Of a stretch of DNA of 64,000 nt, positions 19,854 to 30,208 are shown piece after piece. This DNA comes from Candidatus Bathyarchaeia archaeon. GTDB taxonomy: Archaea; Thermoproteota; Bathyarchaeia; Bathyarchaeales; Bathycorpusculaceae. Position numbers and translations under genes: made by a program. The stretch spans positions 33,836-97,835 of the forward strand of contig JBEKXL010000008.1 in the NCBI GenBank assembly GCA_049512075.1, written 5' to 3'. Numbering within the stretch: position 1 is the first letter of the stretch; each line of letters begins with the position of its first letter. The notes under the pieces are model-generated. The model was not told where the DNA came from and searched no databases. It saw only the letters and a list, made by a program, of their open reading frames with translations.

Positions 19854-22800
19854 TTACGCTTTCTCCTTGAGCTTCAGTTTGGGCGATATGCAAAGGCTCA
19901 TCAACTCTTGCAGCAGAAGCTTGAACGCGTACGAGACCACCACTGGAGAAATTTTCGATTTATCTTCGCAGAGTTTGCACACGTACTTTCTCTGTTTCAT
20001 GTCGTAATAGGCTATGTGCCCGCAGCTTTCGCATATGTAAAGAGTGTACTTGTCCGATTCCTCCAGCAGTCTGTCCCTCAGAAGCATAGCGGCTCCGTGA
20101 CCGATAAGACAGTCGCGTTCCATTTCACCGAACCTTAGACCTCCGCCTCTAGCTCTTCCCTCCGTGGGCTGCCTTGTCAGCATCTGAACCTGCCCTCTGG
20201 CCCTTGCATGAATCTTGTCGGCAACCATGTGATGCAGCTTCTGGTAATGTATTACTCCGACGTAAATGTCCGCAACGAACTTTTCGCCTGTTACGCCGCT
20301 GTAGAAGACTTCGGCGCCAGTGTTGCTGTAGCCCAGCTTGACGAGTTCTTTTCTGAGTGCGTCGGGCGTTTCATTCGAGAAGGGAGTTCCGTCGACGGGG
20401 CTGCCTCTCATGGATGCCACCTTTCCAGCGAGCGATTCAATGAACTGGCCAACGGTCATCCTTGAGGGGATAGCGTGCGGGTTGACTATTATGTCCGGAA
20501 CTATGCCATCCTCCGTGAATGGCATGTCTTCCTGAGGAACTATCAAGCCGATGACACCTTTCTGTCCGTGTCGAGAAGCAAACTTGTCGCCCAGCTCTGG
20601 AACACGTTGGTCACGGACTCTCACCTTGACCAGCTTGCTCCCTTCTCCTGATGCCGTTATGAATATAGCGTCAACGATACCCGTTTCTGAAGGACGCATG
20701 TCCACCGAAGTGTCGCGCATAGAAGGACCTTTAACCTCGAATTCCTTGTATTCTTCAAGAAACCTAGGCGGGCTAATTCTGCCGATGAGGACGTCGCCGC
20801 CTGCCACTGCTGACTCGAGACCTATTATTCCGTCCGGTTCGAGGAGTCGGTAGTACTGTTCACCCCTGTATCCACGTGTTCCAGCTTCTGGCAACGTGAA
20901 CTTGTCCTTCAACCCGCCCAGGTACTGGCGGCACTCGGCCTCATAAATGCGGAAGAAGGTTGAGCGTCCCAAACCTCTCTCTATCGAGGCTTTGTTGAAC
21001 ACCAATGCGTCTTCCATGTTGTACCCTTCATACGACAGAACAGCCACAACACAGTTCTGGCCGGACGGCCGGAGCTTGTAGCCCATCGTCTCCATCAGAG
21101 CCGTCTCGGCTAGGGGCAGTTGCGGATAGTGTAGAATGTGTGAACGCGAGTCCACGCGTTGCTGAAAGTTTGTCGCGTAAACTCCTAGGGCTTGCTTTGC
21201 CATTGCGGCTTGGTAGGAATTGCGTGGTGATTGGTTGTGTTCTGCGTAGGGGATGGTTGAGGCACAAATGCCGAGAATCGTGTACATTGCAATTTCCATG
21301 TGTGTGTGTGCAGGGGTTAGCTCTTCAGGGCCTAAGGCGATGTAGGCGTTTTCCTCTTCCTCAGCGTCTATGTACTCTATTATGCCGTTTTTGATTAGAT
21401 CTTCCCATGCCCATTCGCCGGAAGCTATCTTTTCGACGTGCTCGGGTCGGAGTTTGGGAACGCCGTTTTCAACTATTATGAGAGGCCGTCTGACCCTTCC
21501 TTCGTCACAGTTTACATACAGTTCCTCTCTTTCGCCCTGGGCTTTTGTGAAATAAGCCACGTTGACTTCGGTCGATATTTCTCCCCTTCTCCTCCGTTCA
21601 ACGAGTTCCCGAGCTAATTCGGCGGGTGAGCTGAAATATCCAATTATGTCTCCGTCAACGAAGACTTTTGAACCGGAGAGTCTTAAGGTTTCATCTGCCT
21701 CTGGTACCGCCTGAGTGCCAGAACTGAACAGCAGTTGCTTTATCTTATCGGGGTTTATGCCCACCGAGATAGTCGCGCACAATGCTAGATTCTTGACTAG
21801 GCCACAGTTTGAGCCTTCAGGCGTCTCGTTGGGGCACAAGCGACCCCAGTGGGTTGCGTGCAGGTCTCTTGCCTCGAAGTTCGGTTGACTTCTGCTCAAC
21901 GGTGACTGCAGCCTGCGCAGGTGGCTCAGAGTGGAAATGTGGTTCGTCCTATCCAAGAGTTGAGTTATGCCAACTCTTCCTCTTCCCCAGTTTCCCGTTG
22001 CAAGCGAGTGTTGAAATCTTTCAGAAATTATTCCTGGGCGCACAGCCGCTGAAACAGTTATTATCGGCCCCTTCACGCCGATGCGTTCGAGCTGATATTT
22101 GATGTCGCGCGTGAGGTTTCTGAAGGCCACCCTGAAAAGGTCTGCGAGCAAAGGCCCTGCAAGCCTCAGTCGCTTGTTCTTGAAGTGGTCCTTGTCATCA
22201 GTTTTTCGCCTTTCAAGCTGCAGTTCAATTGCTCTGCACGCCATCTCGCTCAAGAACAAGGCCTTGTCTCTTCTGCTCTGGTCTGTCCTGCCTATATGCG
22301 GCAGAAAGTTTTTGTCTATTGCGGTTGCAGCTTTCTGGACACGGTATTCTTCCACTTGCCCGTGTGCCACACGATTCCCTATGAACAGGATCGCGTCTTT
22401 TGCGGTGTCCACTCCTAAGGCTTTTTCGTAGGAAGGCTCCAAAGGGGTCTGTACATCCTTGTCCAGAGAAATTGATTCTGCGATCTCTTTGTCTGATTCC
22501 AGTCCCAGGGCACGCATCAACACGACGAACGGGATTTCCGAGGGTACTCCTGGAATTGAAACGTATATCGCCCCGTCGGACTTTATCTTCAATTCAATCC
22601 TTGCCCTGAAACCCACCGTTGTTGAGAATATCTTTGATTGATATACCGGCGTTGTACCTTTTTCGTCAATGTCCACGATTATGCGGTTCGGCGCCAGATC
22701 TTCCATGGCTACTATCACGCGTTCGGAACCGTTAACCACGAAGTAGCCGCCTGGGTCATCGGGATCTTCTCCGCATGCTATCAGTTCTTCTCTTGAAAGT

Positions 22801-23219
22801 TGAGACAAGAAGCACAGTTTCGACTTGAGCATTACAGGAATGTTTCCGATATAGACGAGTTCAGTGTCTTGTTCCCTGCCGTCTATGACAGGGGTCATTT
22901 CGAGGGCTACGGGCGCGGCGTAGGTCAGATTTCGCAGTCTTGCCTCCATTGGGTAGATTTCATGTTTTGTGCCGTCTACTTCTGTCGCGTACGGTCCAGT
23001 TATTCTGGTCTGAGGGTCTATGATCCAAATCTGGCCCAGCTTGACCTTGTAGGGGCTCTCGGGAACTTCTATCGGGATTTCGCCTATTTCGTCGATGACT
23101 TCTTGAAGGCCACGGTCGATAAACTCATTATAAGAGTCCAGATGTTGGCGAACCAGGCCTTTGTCCTTGAAGAAGGCGTTCAAGAGTAAGTGTGTGTCTT
23201 CTTTCGATACTTCAACCAT
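19854..23219 (-). CDS. rpoB: RNA polymerase subunit Rpo2 (B), unsplit
   Basis: GDKFASRHGQKG, GGLRFGEMERD, C-terminal Zn ribbon. Confidence 0.98.
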   Translation of the reverse strand: MVEVSKEDTHLLLNAFFKDKGLVRQHLDSYNEFIDRGLQEVIDEIGEIPIEVPESPYKVKLGQIWIIDPQTRITGPYATEVDGTKHEIYPMEARLRNLTYAAPVALEMTPVIDGREQDTELVYIGNIPVMLKSKLCFLSQLSREELIACGEDPDDPGGYFVVNGSERVIVAMEDLAPNRIIVDIDEKGTTPVYQSKIFSTTVGFRARIELKIKSDGAIYVSIPGVPSEIPFVVLMRALGLESDKEIAESISLDKDVQTPLEPSYEKALGVDTAKDAILFIGNRVAHGQVEEYRVQKAATAIDKNFLPHIGRTDQSRRDKALFLSEMACRAIELQLERRKTDDKDHFKNKRLRLAGPLLADLFRVAFRNLTRDIKYQLERIGVKGPIITVSAAVRPGIISERFQHSLATGNWGRGRVGITQLLDRTNHISTLSHLRRLQSPLSRSQPNFEARDLHATHWGRLCPNETPEGSNCGLVKNLALCATISVGINPDKIKQLLFSSGTQAVPEADETLRLSGSKVFVDGDIIGYFSSPAELARELVERRRRGEISTEVNVAYFTKAQGEREELYVNCDEGRVRRPLIIVENGVPKLRPEHVEKIASGEWAWEDLIKNGIIEYIDAEEEENAYIALGPEELTPAHTHMEIAMYTILGICASTIPYAEHNQSPRNSYQAAMAKQALGVYATNFQQRVDSRSHILHYPQLPLAETALMETMGYKLRPSGQNCVVAVLSYEGYNMEDALVFNKASIERGLGRSTFFRIYEAECRQYLGGLKDKFTLPEAGTRGYRGEQYYRLLEPDGIIGLESAVAGGDVLIGRISPPRFLEEYKEFEVKGPSMRDTSVDMRPSETGIVDAIFITASGEGSKLVKVRVRDQRVPELGDKFASRHGQKGVIGLIVPQEDMPFTEDGIVPDIIVNPHAIPSRMTVGQFIESLAGKVASMRGSPVDGTPFSNETPDALRKELVKLGYSNTGAEVFYSGVTGEKFVADIYVGVIHYQKLHHMVADKIHARARGQVQMLTRQPTEGRARGGGLRFGEMERDCLIGHGAAMLLRDRLLEESDKYTLYICESCGHIAYYDMKQRKYVCKLCEDKSKISPVVVSYAFKLLLQELMSLCISPKLKLKEKA

Positions 23220-23437
23220 TTTTAACCATCTCCCGCAACTTCACGTCGGGTATGAATGAACGAGATCGTTTCGATGCGGGTTTCCTCAAATTCTTGATTT
23301 CCTCCAACTGTTGGGTCATTCCGACTTGAAAAATGGTCACCAATATTTAAGGAGCTAGAAACGTAACTTATATGCTGTCTAATAAACTTTTTGTACTTTG
23401 TGACGCGTTTCAGTTTGTTCTGTCGGACTGGAAAATC

Positions 23438-23854
23438 ATGGAGACCAATACGAAAAGCATTAGTCGCCCGCAACACAAGTCATTATGGGAGTTCAAGTTG
23501 GAACAGAGATTCAAGGCGACAATCGTGTTGTTAATTCTGAACGGGAAAGTTGAAAAGGCATTGGAAATTCTCGCCAAAAAACACGGTGTCAGAGTTCCAA
23601 TCATAGAAGTCGGTCTGCCTAAGAGGAATAAGAGGAAGGCACTGGGATGCTACAACGGCAAGAAGAGGACGATTTCAGTTCTGAACAGTGACACGTTGAA
23701 AGATCCATTCGTAATTCTGCACGAGTTTTACCATCACCTCAGGACGACCGGCGATGCAAAACACCGGGGAACTGAGAAGTACGCAAATACCTTTGCAAAG
23801 GAGTACATAGAGGCGTACAGGTCCATGGCAATTCAAGAAACGGGAAATGATTAA
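23438..23854 (+). CDS. Small HExxH zincin-like protein
   Basis: ALGCY...ILHEFYH...EKYAN. Start uncertain. Confidence 0.7.
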   Translation: METNTKSISRPQHKSLWEFKLEQRFKATIVLLILNGKVEKALEILAKKHGVRVPIIEVGLPKRNKRKALGCYNGKKRTISVLNSDTLKDPFVILHEFYHHLRTTGDAKHRGTEKYANTFAKEYIEAYRSMAIQETGND

Positions 23855-23883
23855 TAAGAAAGAGTAGAAAGTCTCTACTGTGC

Positions 23884-24004
23884 GCAGCGGTAACCAAGCC
23901 AGGTCAAAGGTGAAGGACTCAAGATCGGTTTTCTTGGCCTGAAATAGCCCCTATGAGCCATCCTTTCCCGTAGGGGTTCGCCGGTTCAAATCCGGCCCGC
24001 TGCA
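23884..24004 (+). tRNA. tRNA-Leu(CAA) with a 36-nt canonical intron (23924-23959)
   Basis: Acceptor GCAGCGG/CCGCTGC+A; anticodon stem AAGGA/TCCTT; CAA 23920-23922; BHB central helix CTCA/TGAG with 3-nt bulges; long variable arm; GGTTCAAATCC. Confidence 0.95.
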
Positions 24005-24110
24005 CCTTTTAAGCCAGAATCAAGGTTATTTTGACCAAATAGCCCCTCTAGTCCACCTATTTTTGTTCTTGGGAAAGTCAACCCTCACTTTTGAGGAGGC
24101 TCTAACATTT

Positions 24111-25247
24111 TTAGCAAAGCACTCGTTGACGCTTATCCTTCAGCAGTCTTTTTGTCAACGCAATTGAAGCGAGCGTCATACTAGGCAGAAGGACGAAGTA
24201 AAGGGTCAGTGGATATTCTGGAATCGTCCATTCAACTCCAGTCCATCGCATTATTATTCCGTGCCCACCAACTATCCAACCTTCGTTGGCATCAACCATG
24301 AACACTGAATTAAGAGCAACTGGGCTGGTTGCAGGATTGTTAGGCCAGGTCCATTTGGTGCCATTCCAATGAGCGACTGGACCTGAAGAATTAACGACCC
24401 AAATAGTACCTGTTATGCCCACAATCCAGCCGTCGCTGGGATTCAAAAAGAATACTGACGAATAATCACATGTACATGCAACCCCAGCTTTGCCTGTCCA
24501 TTGAGTACCATCCCACTGAAAGGCAGTTCCCAAATCGCCTACCGCCCACCCATAATCAGTACTAAGCATACAAACGGATCTAAACGCCGCGGGAGTTGAC
24601 GAGTTGGGAAATTCACTCCACACTCTCCATTCGATGCCATTCCAATGAATCATTGTTCCCCCGGCACCAACTGCCCATCCATCCGTGGAATTCACCATTG
24701 CCACGGAAAGAAGATCATCGCCAACCGTTGGAGTCGCAGTTACGTTGATCCAGTTTGAACCAGTCCAATGGATAATCGTCTCGTTCCATTGCTGTCTACC
24801 TTGGACGATGTTCGCAAAAGAATTTCCAACGGCCCATCCATCATCCGCATTTATCATGAAGACAGAATTCAAGTCAGCGTTCGTTGGACCCGGCATTGGG
24901 TTCCAGCTTGTTCCGTTCCATTCAAGTATCAGGCCACTTTGTCCCACAGCCCATCCTTCGCTATCATTGAAGAAAAACACTGAATTCAGATCTAGCAATG
25001 TTGAACTAGCCACGTTTGACCACTGCACTCCATTCCAATGAATAACCGTCCCACCTGCGCCTACTGCCCATCCGTCACTCGCATTAATCATAAACACAGA
25101 ATATAAATCGTTAAGCGTCGGACTGCTCCAATCCAAGATCGCAGGTTGGTCTGACCTCGATAGGGGCAAAATTGCGCTAAGCAAGGCAAACGCGACCATC
25201 ACAATAAGAACAGCCTTCAAGGGTGAACACGACAAACACATCACCAT
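24111..25247 (-). CDS. Surface beta-propeller repeat protein with PEF-CTERM-like anchor
   Basis: Seven LxSVxxxxxxDGW[AI]VG...HWNGxxW repeats; signal peptide; IPEYP + TM + basic tail. Confidence 0.85.
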   Translation of the reverse strand: MVMCLSCSPLKAVLIVMVAFALLSAILPLSRSDQPAILDWSSPTLNDLYSVFMINASDGWAVGAGGTVIHWNGVQWSNVASSTLLDLNSVFFFNDSEGWAVGQSGLILEWNGTSWNPMPGPTNADLNSVFMINADDGWAVGNSFANIVQGRQQWNETIIHWTGSNWINVTATPTVGDDLLSVAMVNSTDGWAVGAGGTMIHWNGIEWRVWSEFPNSSTPAAFRSVCMLSTDYGWAVGDLGTAFQWDGTQWTGKAGVACTCDYSSVFFLNPSDGWIVGITGTIWVVNSSGPVAHWNGTKWTWPNNPATSPVALNSVFMVDANEGWIVGGHGIIMRWTGVEWTIPEYPLTLYFVLLPSMTLASIALTKRLLKDKRQRVLC

Positions 25248-26024
25248 GGGACTTGCTACATGATGAACGAAGAGTATTTATCTCTTATTAATCTGATTCC
25301 TAGCTTCGAATTGTTTGAATAGATTCCCCCTCCCAAATCTTCATGAAAAGCCACATACTCGCGATATCCTCTTGAATAGTAAGCCCCAGTGTTTTCGTCT
25401 TCCAGAGATGTTGAAATTGAAGAGAAGGTCTAATTTCATTTACACAGAAATTCTTTCCAATCAATTATTATTGGTCGACCAAAATCTACCAAGCAGTTCG
25501 GATGACTTCAAAACCGCTATCGTGGAATGCTTTCGATTTACAAGTCGAGTCTTTTAGTTTGCATATTCTACCTTCTTTCGGAGCCGGAAGATTTCCATTT
25601 ATCTAATTATCGATGCTATTAATCGTCGGACAGTCAAGTCAGATTGAACTTCTTGATTTTCGCAATTACCAGTAGTCCTCTGTCTGAAAGAAGAAGCGAT
25701 CATGGTTTCATACCTCACCCAAGAAATGTCTCCACGACCCTCCGAAAATCTATTTCCTTCCCAAGAAAGTGATTCAAGAAGAGTGTGGGAAGAGATAACT
25801 GAAAGCAAGAAAACTGGCAATATCTCATCACTTTCACTCACCTCTCTGTTTCACAAACACTTCCCGTTTCTTATATGCGCAAACAAGCAAACTGCAGTTG
25901 CTGATGAAGCAGATAAACTGACTGCATCATCAGCTAGCCGGGGGTATTCCCTCGGAGGTGCGTCACCACCGAGTCCTAAGGGAAGGACAAGAAGAGAACA
26001 AGAAAATCATAAGGAAGAAGTGAG

Positions 26025-27716
26025 ATGAAAAAACACTTTAGCATCATAATGTGCCTATTGTTCATTCTTTCGTTGATTGCGACCAATTCACAGATTCTAG
26101 CAACAAAAAGAGTCCTAGCTAGTGATAATTACTGGTCACCGCTTTCCAATTGGTTTAATTACACCGGGCCAATGGATGCCATGCCACTTGAATGTCTTGC
26201 CCTTTCTCCAAACGCTCCGGTCACAGGTGCGCTGAGCCCTGCGCAAATTCAGCAGGCATATAACCTTTCGTCTTCAGGTGGCCAAGGCACAATTGCGATT
26301 GTCGATCCGTACGATGACCCAACCATAATGAATGACGCAAATGTGTTCTGCAGTCAATATAACCTTCCCAATCTAACAAGCAGCAACTTCAATGTAGTGA
26401 AGCAAACGGGAGGGATAACGACTGACGCAAACTGGACACTGGAAACATCGCTTGATGTCGAATGGGCTCATGCAATGGCCCCAAATGCCAAGATACTGCT
26501 GGTTGAGGCACTTAACGAGAGTGAAGTATTGTATGCAGTGGACTATGCACGAGATCAACCGGATGTCATAGCCGTATCAATGAGCTGGGGTTTCCTTGAG
26601 GCAGACTGGGCACCTTCCGTTGATTTTGTGTTTCAACCAGGGCCTTTTGGCAACCCATCCTGCTGCTTCTTTGCTGCTGCTGGGGACGAACGTGAAAACG
26701 TGTCGTACCCCGCAAGTTCGCCAAGTGTGGTCGGCGTTGGCGGAACTACACTGACCTTTGAAAACGGACAATTCTCCTCGGAAACTGTTTGGAACACCAC
26801 GACGATCTACGGAACAGGCGGCGGGATAAGCAAATTCTTCAATGAACCCTCTTTCCAATCGTCATATGGCGTGCCAAATGCAAATGGAAAACGTTGCGTA
26901 CCTGATGTTTCCTTTGATGCCGGTTCCAGTGTAAGTGTATACGACAGCAGCTATTCCGAAGACAACAATTGGCAAAGTGTAATTGGGACAAGCCTTGGCA
27001 CTGCGTGTTGGGCAGCGATATACTCGAGAAGTCTGACAGCTTCAAATGGACGTCTCTATCAAAACGCAGAAATATTATCAATATACCAAACCAAGTTTCG
27101 AGATATCACCAGCGGAGGCAACGGACTTTACAACGCAACTACAGCTTACGACAAGGTAACTGGTCTGGGCAGTCCACTCACGACGACCTACAATGTACCA
27201 ATCTTCGCTATGAAAACATTGACAGACGGGAAATTTTACAATCCAAACCAGACAGTTCCATACTTTAAGGTAGAGGAATGGTTTACAGACAACAGCTCCG
27301 CCGGAGACCAGGGTGGAAACACAACCTCGGGATATCCATTCGGATTTCCAGACGGCAAGGTCGGCCTTACGGATCTCACCATGCTAGCAAAGGCGTACGG
27401 TTTTTCTGAAGGCGGATACAAAGACCCCACTCACCATTGGAACTATCAAATAGACATAAACAACGATGGAAAAGTGAGTCTAAGTGACTTGTCAATCCTT
27501 GCCAAAGACTATACTTCAAGTTCGAAATACAATTGGTATACCATGGACCCGGAACATATATCGATAAACTTCACCATCACTGGCAATTCTCAACCGGTCA
27601 CTGGAACTCTGGACAGCAACGGATTCGCCGCGATCCCAGCGAACTGCACGGGCTGGCTCGTCTTTAAAAACGACACGAACACCGCGGTCGGAGCTTTCCT
27701 GACGTTCTGGGGATGA
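26025..27716 (+). CDS. Secreted S53 (sedolisin-family) peptidase with dockerin
   Basis: ETSLDVE (Glu/Asp), AAAGD, YPASSP, GGTTL, GTSLG (Ser), YDKVTGLGSP; dockerin DGKVGLTDL...DINNDGKVSLSDL. Confidence 0.9.
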   Translation: MKKHFSIIMCLLFILSLIATNSQILATKRVLASDNYWSPLSNWFNYTGPMDAMPLECLALSPNAPVTGALSPAQIQQAYNLSSSGGQGTIAIVDPYDDPTIMNDANVFCSQYNLPNLTSSNFNVVKQTGGITTDANWTLETSLDVEWAHAMAPNAKILLVEALNESEVLYAVDYARDQPDVIAVSMSWGFLEADWAPSVDFVFQPGPFGNPSCCFFAAAGDERENVSYPASSPSVVGVGGTTLTFENGQFSSETVWNTTTIYGTGGGISKFFNEPSFQSSYGVPNANGKRCVPDVSFDAGSSVSVYDSSYSEDNNWQSVIGTSLGTACWAAIYSRSLTASNGRLYQNAEILSIYQTKFRDITSGGNGLYNATTAYDKVTGLGSPLTTTYNVPIFAMKTLTDGKFYNPNQTVPYFKVEEWFTDNSSAGDQGGNTTSGYPFGFPDGKVGLTDLTMLAKAYGFSEGGYKDPTHHWNYQIDINNDGKVSLSDLSILAKDYTSSSKYNWYTMDPEHISINFTITGNSQPVTGTLDSNGFAAIPANCTGWLVFKNDTNTAVGAFLTFWG

Positions 27717-27737
27717 AGGACGAACGAGTGTGAAACC

Positions 27738-28784
27738 ATGAACAAGCTGAAAACGTTTTTGATAATAGCTCTACTGGCCTCAACGATGGCGCTTTACGCT
27801 TCGAAGAAGGCAGCCGCAGATGTCTGCACGACACTAAGTGTTAGTCCTTCTCAGCAGGATTCTTGGATGTACTGGGGGAGCGGCAGCGGAAACGGCACCG
27901 TCTATGAGATTAGCGTTGACGTAGTAATATCGAACGTTACAGACATGGCCGGATGGCAGTTTGGACTGTACTGGAACAACAATTACCTGAACTGCGACAG
28001 CGTCACCATCCAAAACCCCACCACATGGAACGAAACCATCAACGTCGACGTCAGCAACGGTATCGACAACTCGTACAACTCGACAAACGGGTACTTTGGC
28101 TACGCCAACGCTGCAGCACAGCCCTGCCCCGACTTCAATGGCACCTTAACCATTGCAACTCTAACCTTCCATCAACTGACAAACGTCTCAGCTACAACTC
28201 CGCTGAACATTGACATTGTCGACACCGAATTAGTGGACGGCAACTTTAACGACATCGCCTTCTCGTCCACGGACGGCTCCGTCGTAATGCACACTGGCGT
28301 GAAATCGACTTCTGTATCCATAACTGGGAACGGAAGCACGATACAACTCGACCCCTATCCTGGGAGTTGGAGTAACTGGCAGTGCTGCCAATCAAGTGAC
28401 TCTGACACAAGCTACGTCATGTCCAGTGAGGAAGATAACAACCCTTACAATGACCTGTACGTTGCCAACTGTTCTTGGATACCAGCAGCCGCAACCAACA
28501 CCACCGTGACGGTCCACATCTTGGTCAGATCTACTTCGACATCGCACAAAGCCATTTGTCGTCCATACGTAAATGCAACTTCGCGCGGAAGCCAACTCGG
28601 AAGCTCATGCAACCCTGGCACAACGTACCAGGACTACTCATCCAGCTTTTCAATCACGCAAAGTGACGGCTCAGGATTGCAAATAGGCGTCCAAATCACG
28701 TCTGGCCGCTACAGCCTCTACGGCATATACTACTACTGTCCAGGATACTGCACACAAGTCTACGCAGTCATAACATGGAGCTAG
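27738..28784 (+). CDS. Secreted cohesin-domain protein with Cys-containing C-terminal domain
   Basis: Signal peptide; VDVVISNVTDMAGWQFGLYWN...FNGTLTIATLTF...STDGSV. Confidence 0.8.
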   Translation: MNKLKTFLIIALLASTMALYASKKAAADVCTTLSVSPSQQDSWMYWGSGSGNGTVYEISVDVVISNVTDMAGWQFGLYWNNNYLNCDSVTIQNPTTWNETINVDVSNGIDNSYNSTNGYFGYANAAAQPCPDFNGTLTIATLTFHQLTNVSATTPLNIDIVDTELVDGNFNDIAFSSTDGSVVMHTGVKSTSVSITGNGSTIQLDPYPGSWSNWQCCQSSDSDTSYVMSSEEDNNPYNDLYVANCSWIPAAATNTTVTVHILVRSTSTSHKAICRPYVNATSRGSQLGSSCNPGTTYQDYSSSFSITQSDGSGLQIGVQITSGRYSLYGIYYYCPGYCTQVYAVITWS

Positions 28785-29140
28785 ACTGTAGCAATCCTGC
28801 GACAATTCAAAGACACCTCGCGCATGTGAGAACAGCAGAAATGCAAACTCCCCCCTTTTTCTTTGTCAAAAGAAGACTCCGATTTTTCTTATCTCAGACC
28901 AGGTAAAACTGAAGATGAAGCGTTTTTAAACACGATTCGGGCCATTTGCAATGTTTGATTCAATTAATATTTGTGCAATTATAGGTCCTCTGACGAATTC
29001 CGTTTGGGCTTCTTTTCTCAAGATAAGCTTTCTGAAGAAAGAATGTGAGATTTGCCTTTTCCAATTATTCAAGAATTCCTTCACGTTGCTCTCCTGAAAC
29101 AGAGCTCTAACTAATTTAGATATATCTGCACTAGAAGAGG

Positions 29141-29464
29141 TCATAATTCGGTTTGTTTCGGCTCATGGTTAGAGGCCGCAGTGTAAGTATCATTTTCGAG
29201 CTGATGTAAGGCTTTCAATAATGACCGCGTTTTCGAACTTTCCGTTCGCAACCTAACCATCTTTAAGTATCCGTAAGGTGTAATAGTGACAATACCTTCA
29301 CGTTCCAATATCTGGAGATTACGCTGAACCTGATTGTAGGTACTGTTCATCATTCTGACCAAGTTGGTGACGTGAGTCTCGTTGACTTTCGAAAGAGTCA
29401 GAATTATCTTTTGTCTGCAAGAAGAAGCTATGATCTGATGCAAAGTCAACACAAATACCGACAT
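29141..29464 (-). CDS. ArsR-like winged-helix regulator
   Basis: RQKIILTL...VTNLVRMMNSTYNQVQRNLQILEREGIV. Confidence 0.78.
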   Translation of the reverse strand: MSVFVLTLHQIIASSCRQKIILTLSKVNETHVTNLVRMMNSTYNQVQRNLQILEREGIVTITPYGYLKMVRLRTESSKTRSLLKALHQLENDTYTAASNHEPKQTEL

Positions 29465-30208
29465 TTCAGACTACTCTCAGATAAGTCTTATAAACAGAAG
29501 GAAAAGCTTAGTAGGGGAGAGAGATAAGTGAAAGCTGTCATTCTTTTTCAACAAAAACATGTCAATTGTGAATGGACGGTTTAAACGACGGCATCAAGCT
29601 AGCCCGCTGCACCAAACCATTTTCAGATGATAAAATAAAATTCTTACAACAAGGAATGGCCAGTTTCGGTCAACAAACCGAAAAACAAATTCTGCGTGAT
29701 TGGCCACGTCCTGGACGTCTGAGTTTCCAGATGTATCAGATGCTCTGGTGTATTCTAGTCGAACGCTTAGTAGAGAAGCCTTATATTACGATTCACGACA
29801 TAGTGCTTCTATAGGACAGGCGATGGGAAAAATGAGAAAGAAAGCAGAAGTGGAAGCTGACTGCGGAAAGCAAAACTCCAAGTTTGAACCACCCGGCGAA
29901 GATATTGTCTTGTGCGAAATTCTGATAAACAGAAGGCAGATATAGCGCATAGATGATTGACCACCTCCCCAAAATCATTCATCCAGACAATGGACTCTGG
30001 ACAAACCTCGTTTTCAATGAACCTTCGTATTAACTTAACGACCCACATGTCGGGGTTTCCAGTGAACTGGTCAGAGCGTTTGCATCTTCGATCCAATTGT
30101 TGAACACTCGTTCCGAGTGGGAAATGGAAAAAGGTAGATTTGCGGGTAAATGCATATATCTCTCCAAATTGTTAGACCGTTGCGCTGGTCATGGTCTAAG
30201 GCGGAAAA

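Noticed and set aside
16383-23189. Many + strand ORFs within rpoA/rpoB
   Set aside because: Antisense to highly conserved genes, with no motifs.
29572-30096. Overlapping 60-95 aa ORFs
   Set aside because: Mutually overlapping and unrecognisable; at most decayed sequence.
24005-30150. Intact provirus or integrative element at tRNA-Leu
   Set aside because: No integrase, capsid or replication gene, and no duplicated tRNA 3' end.
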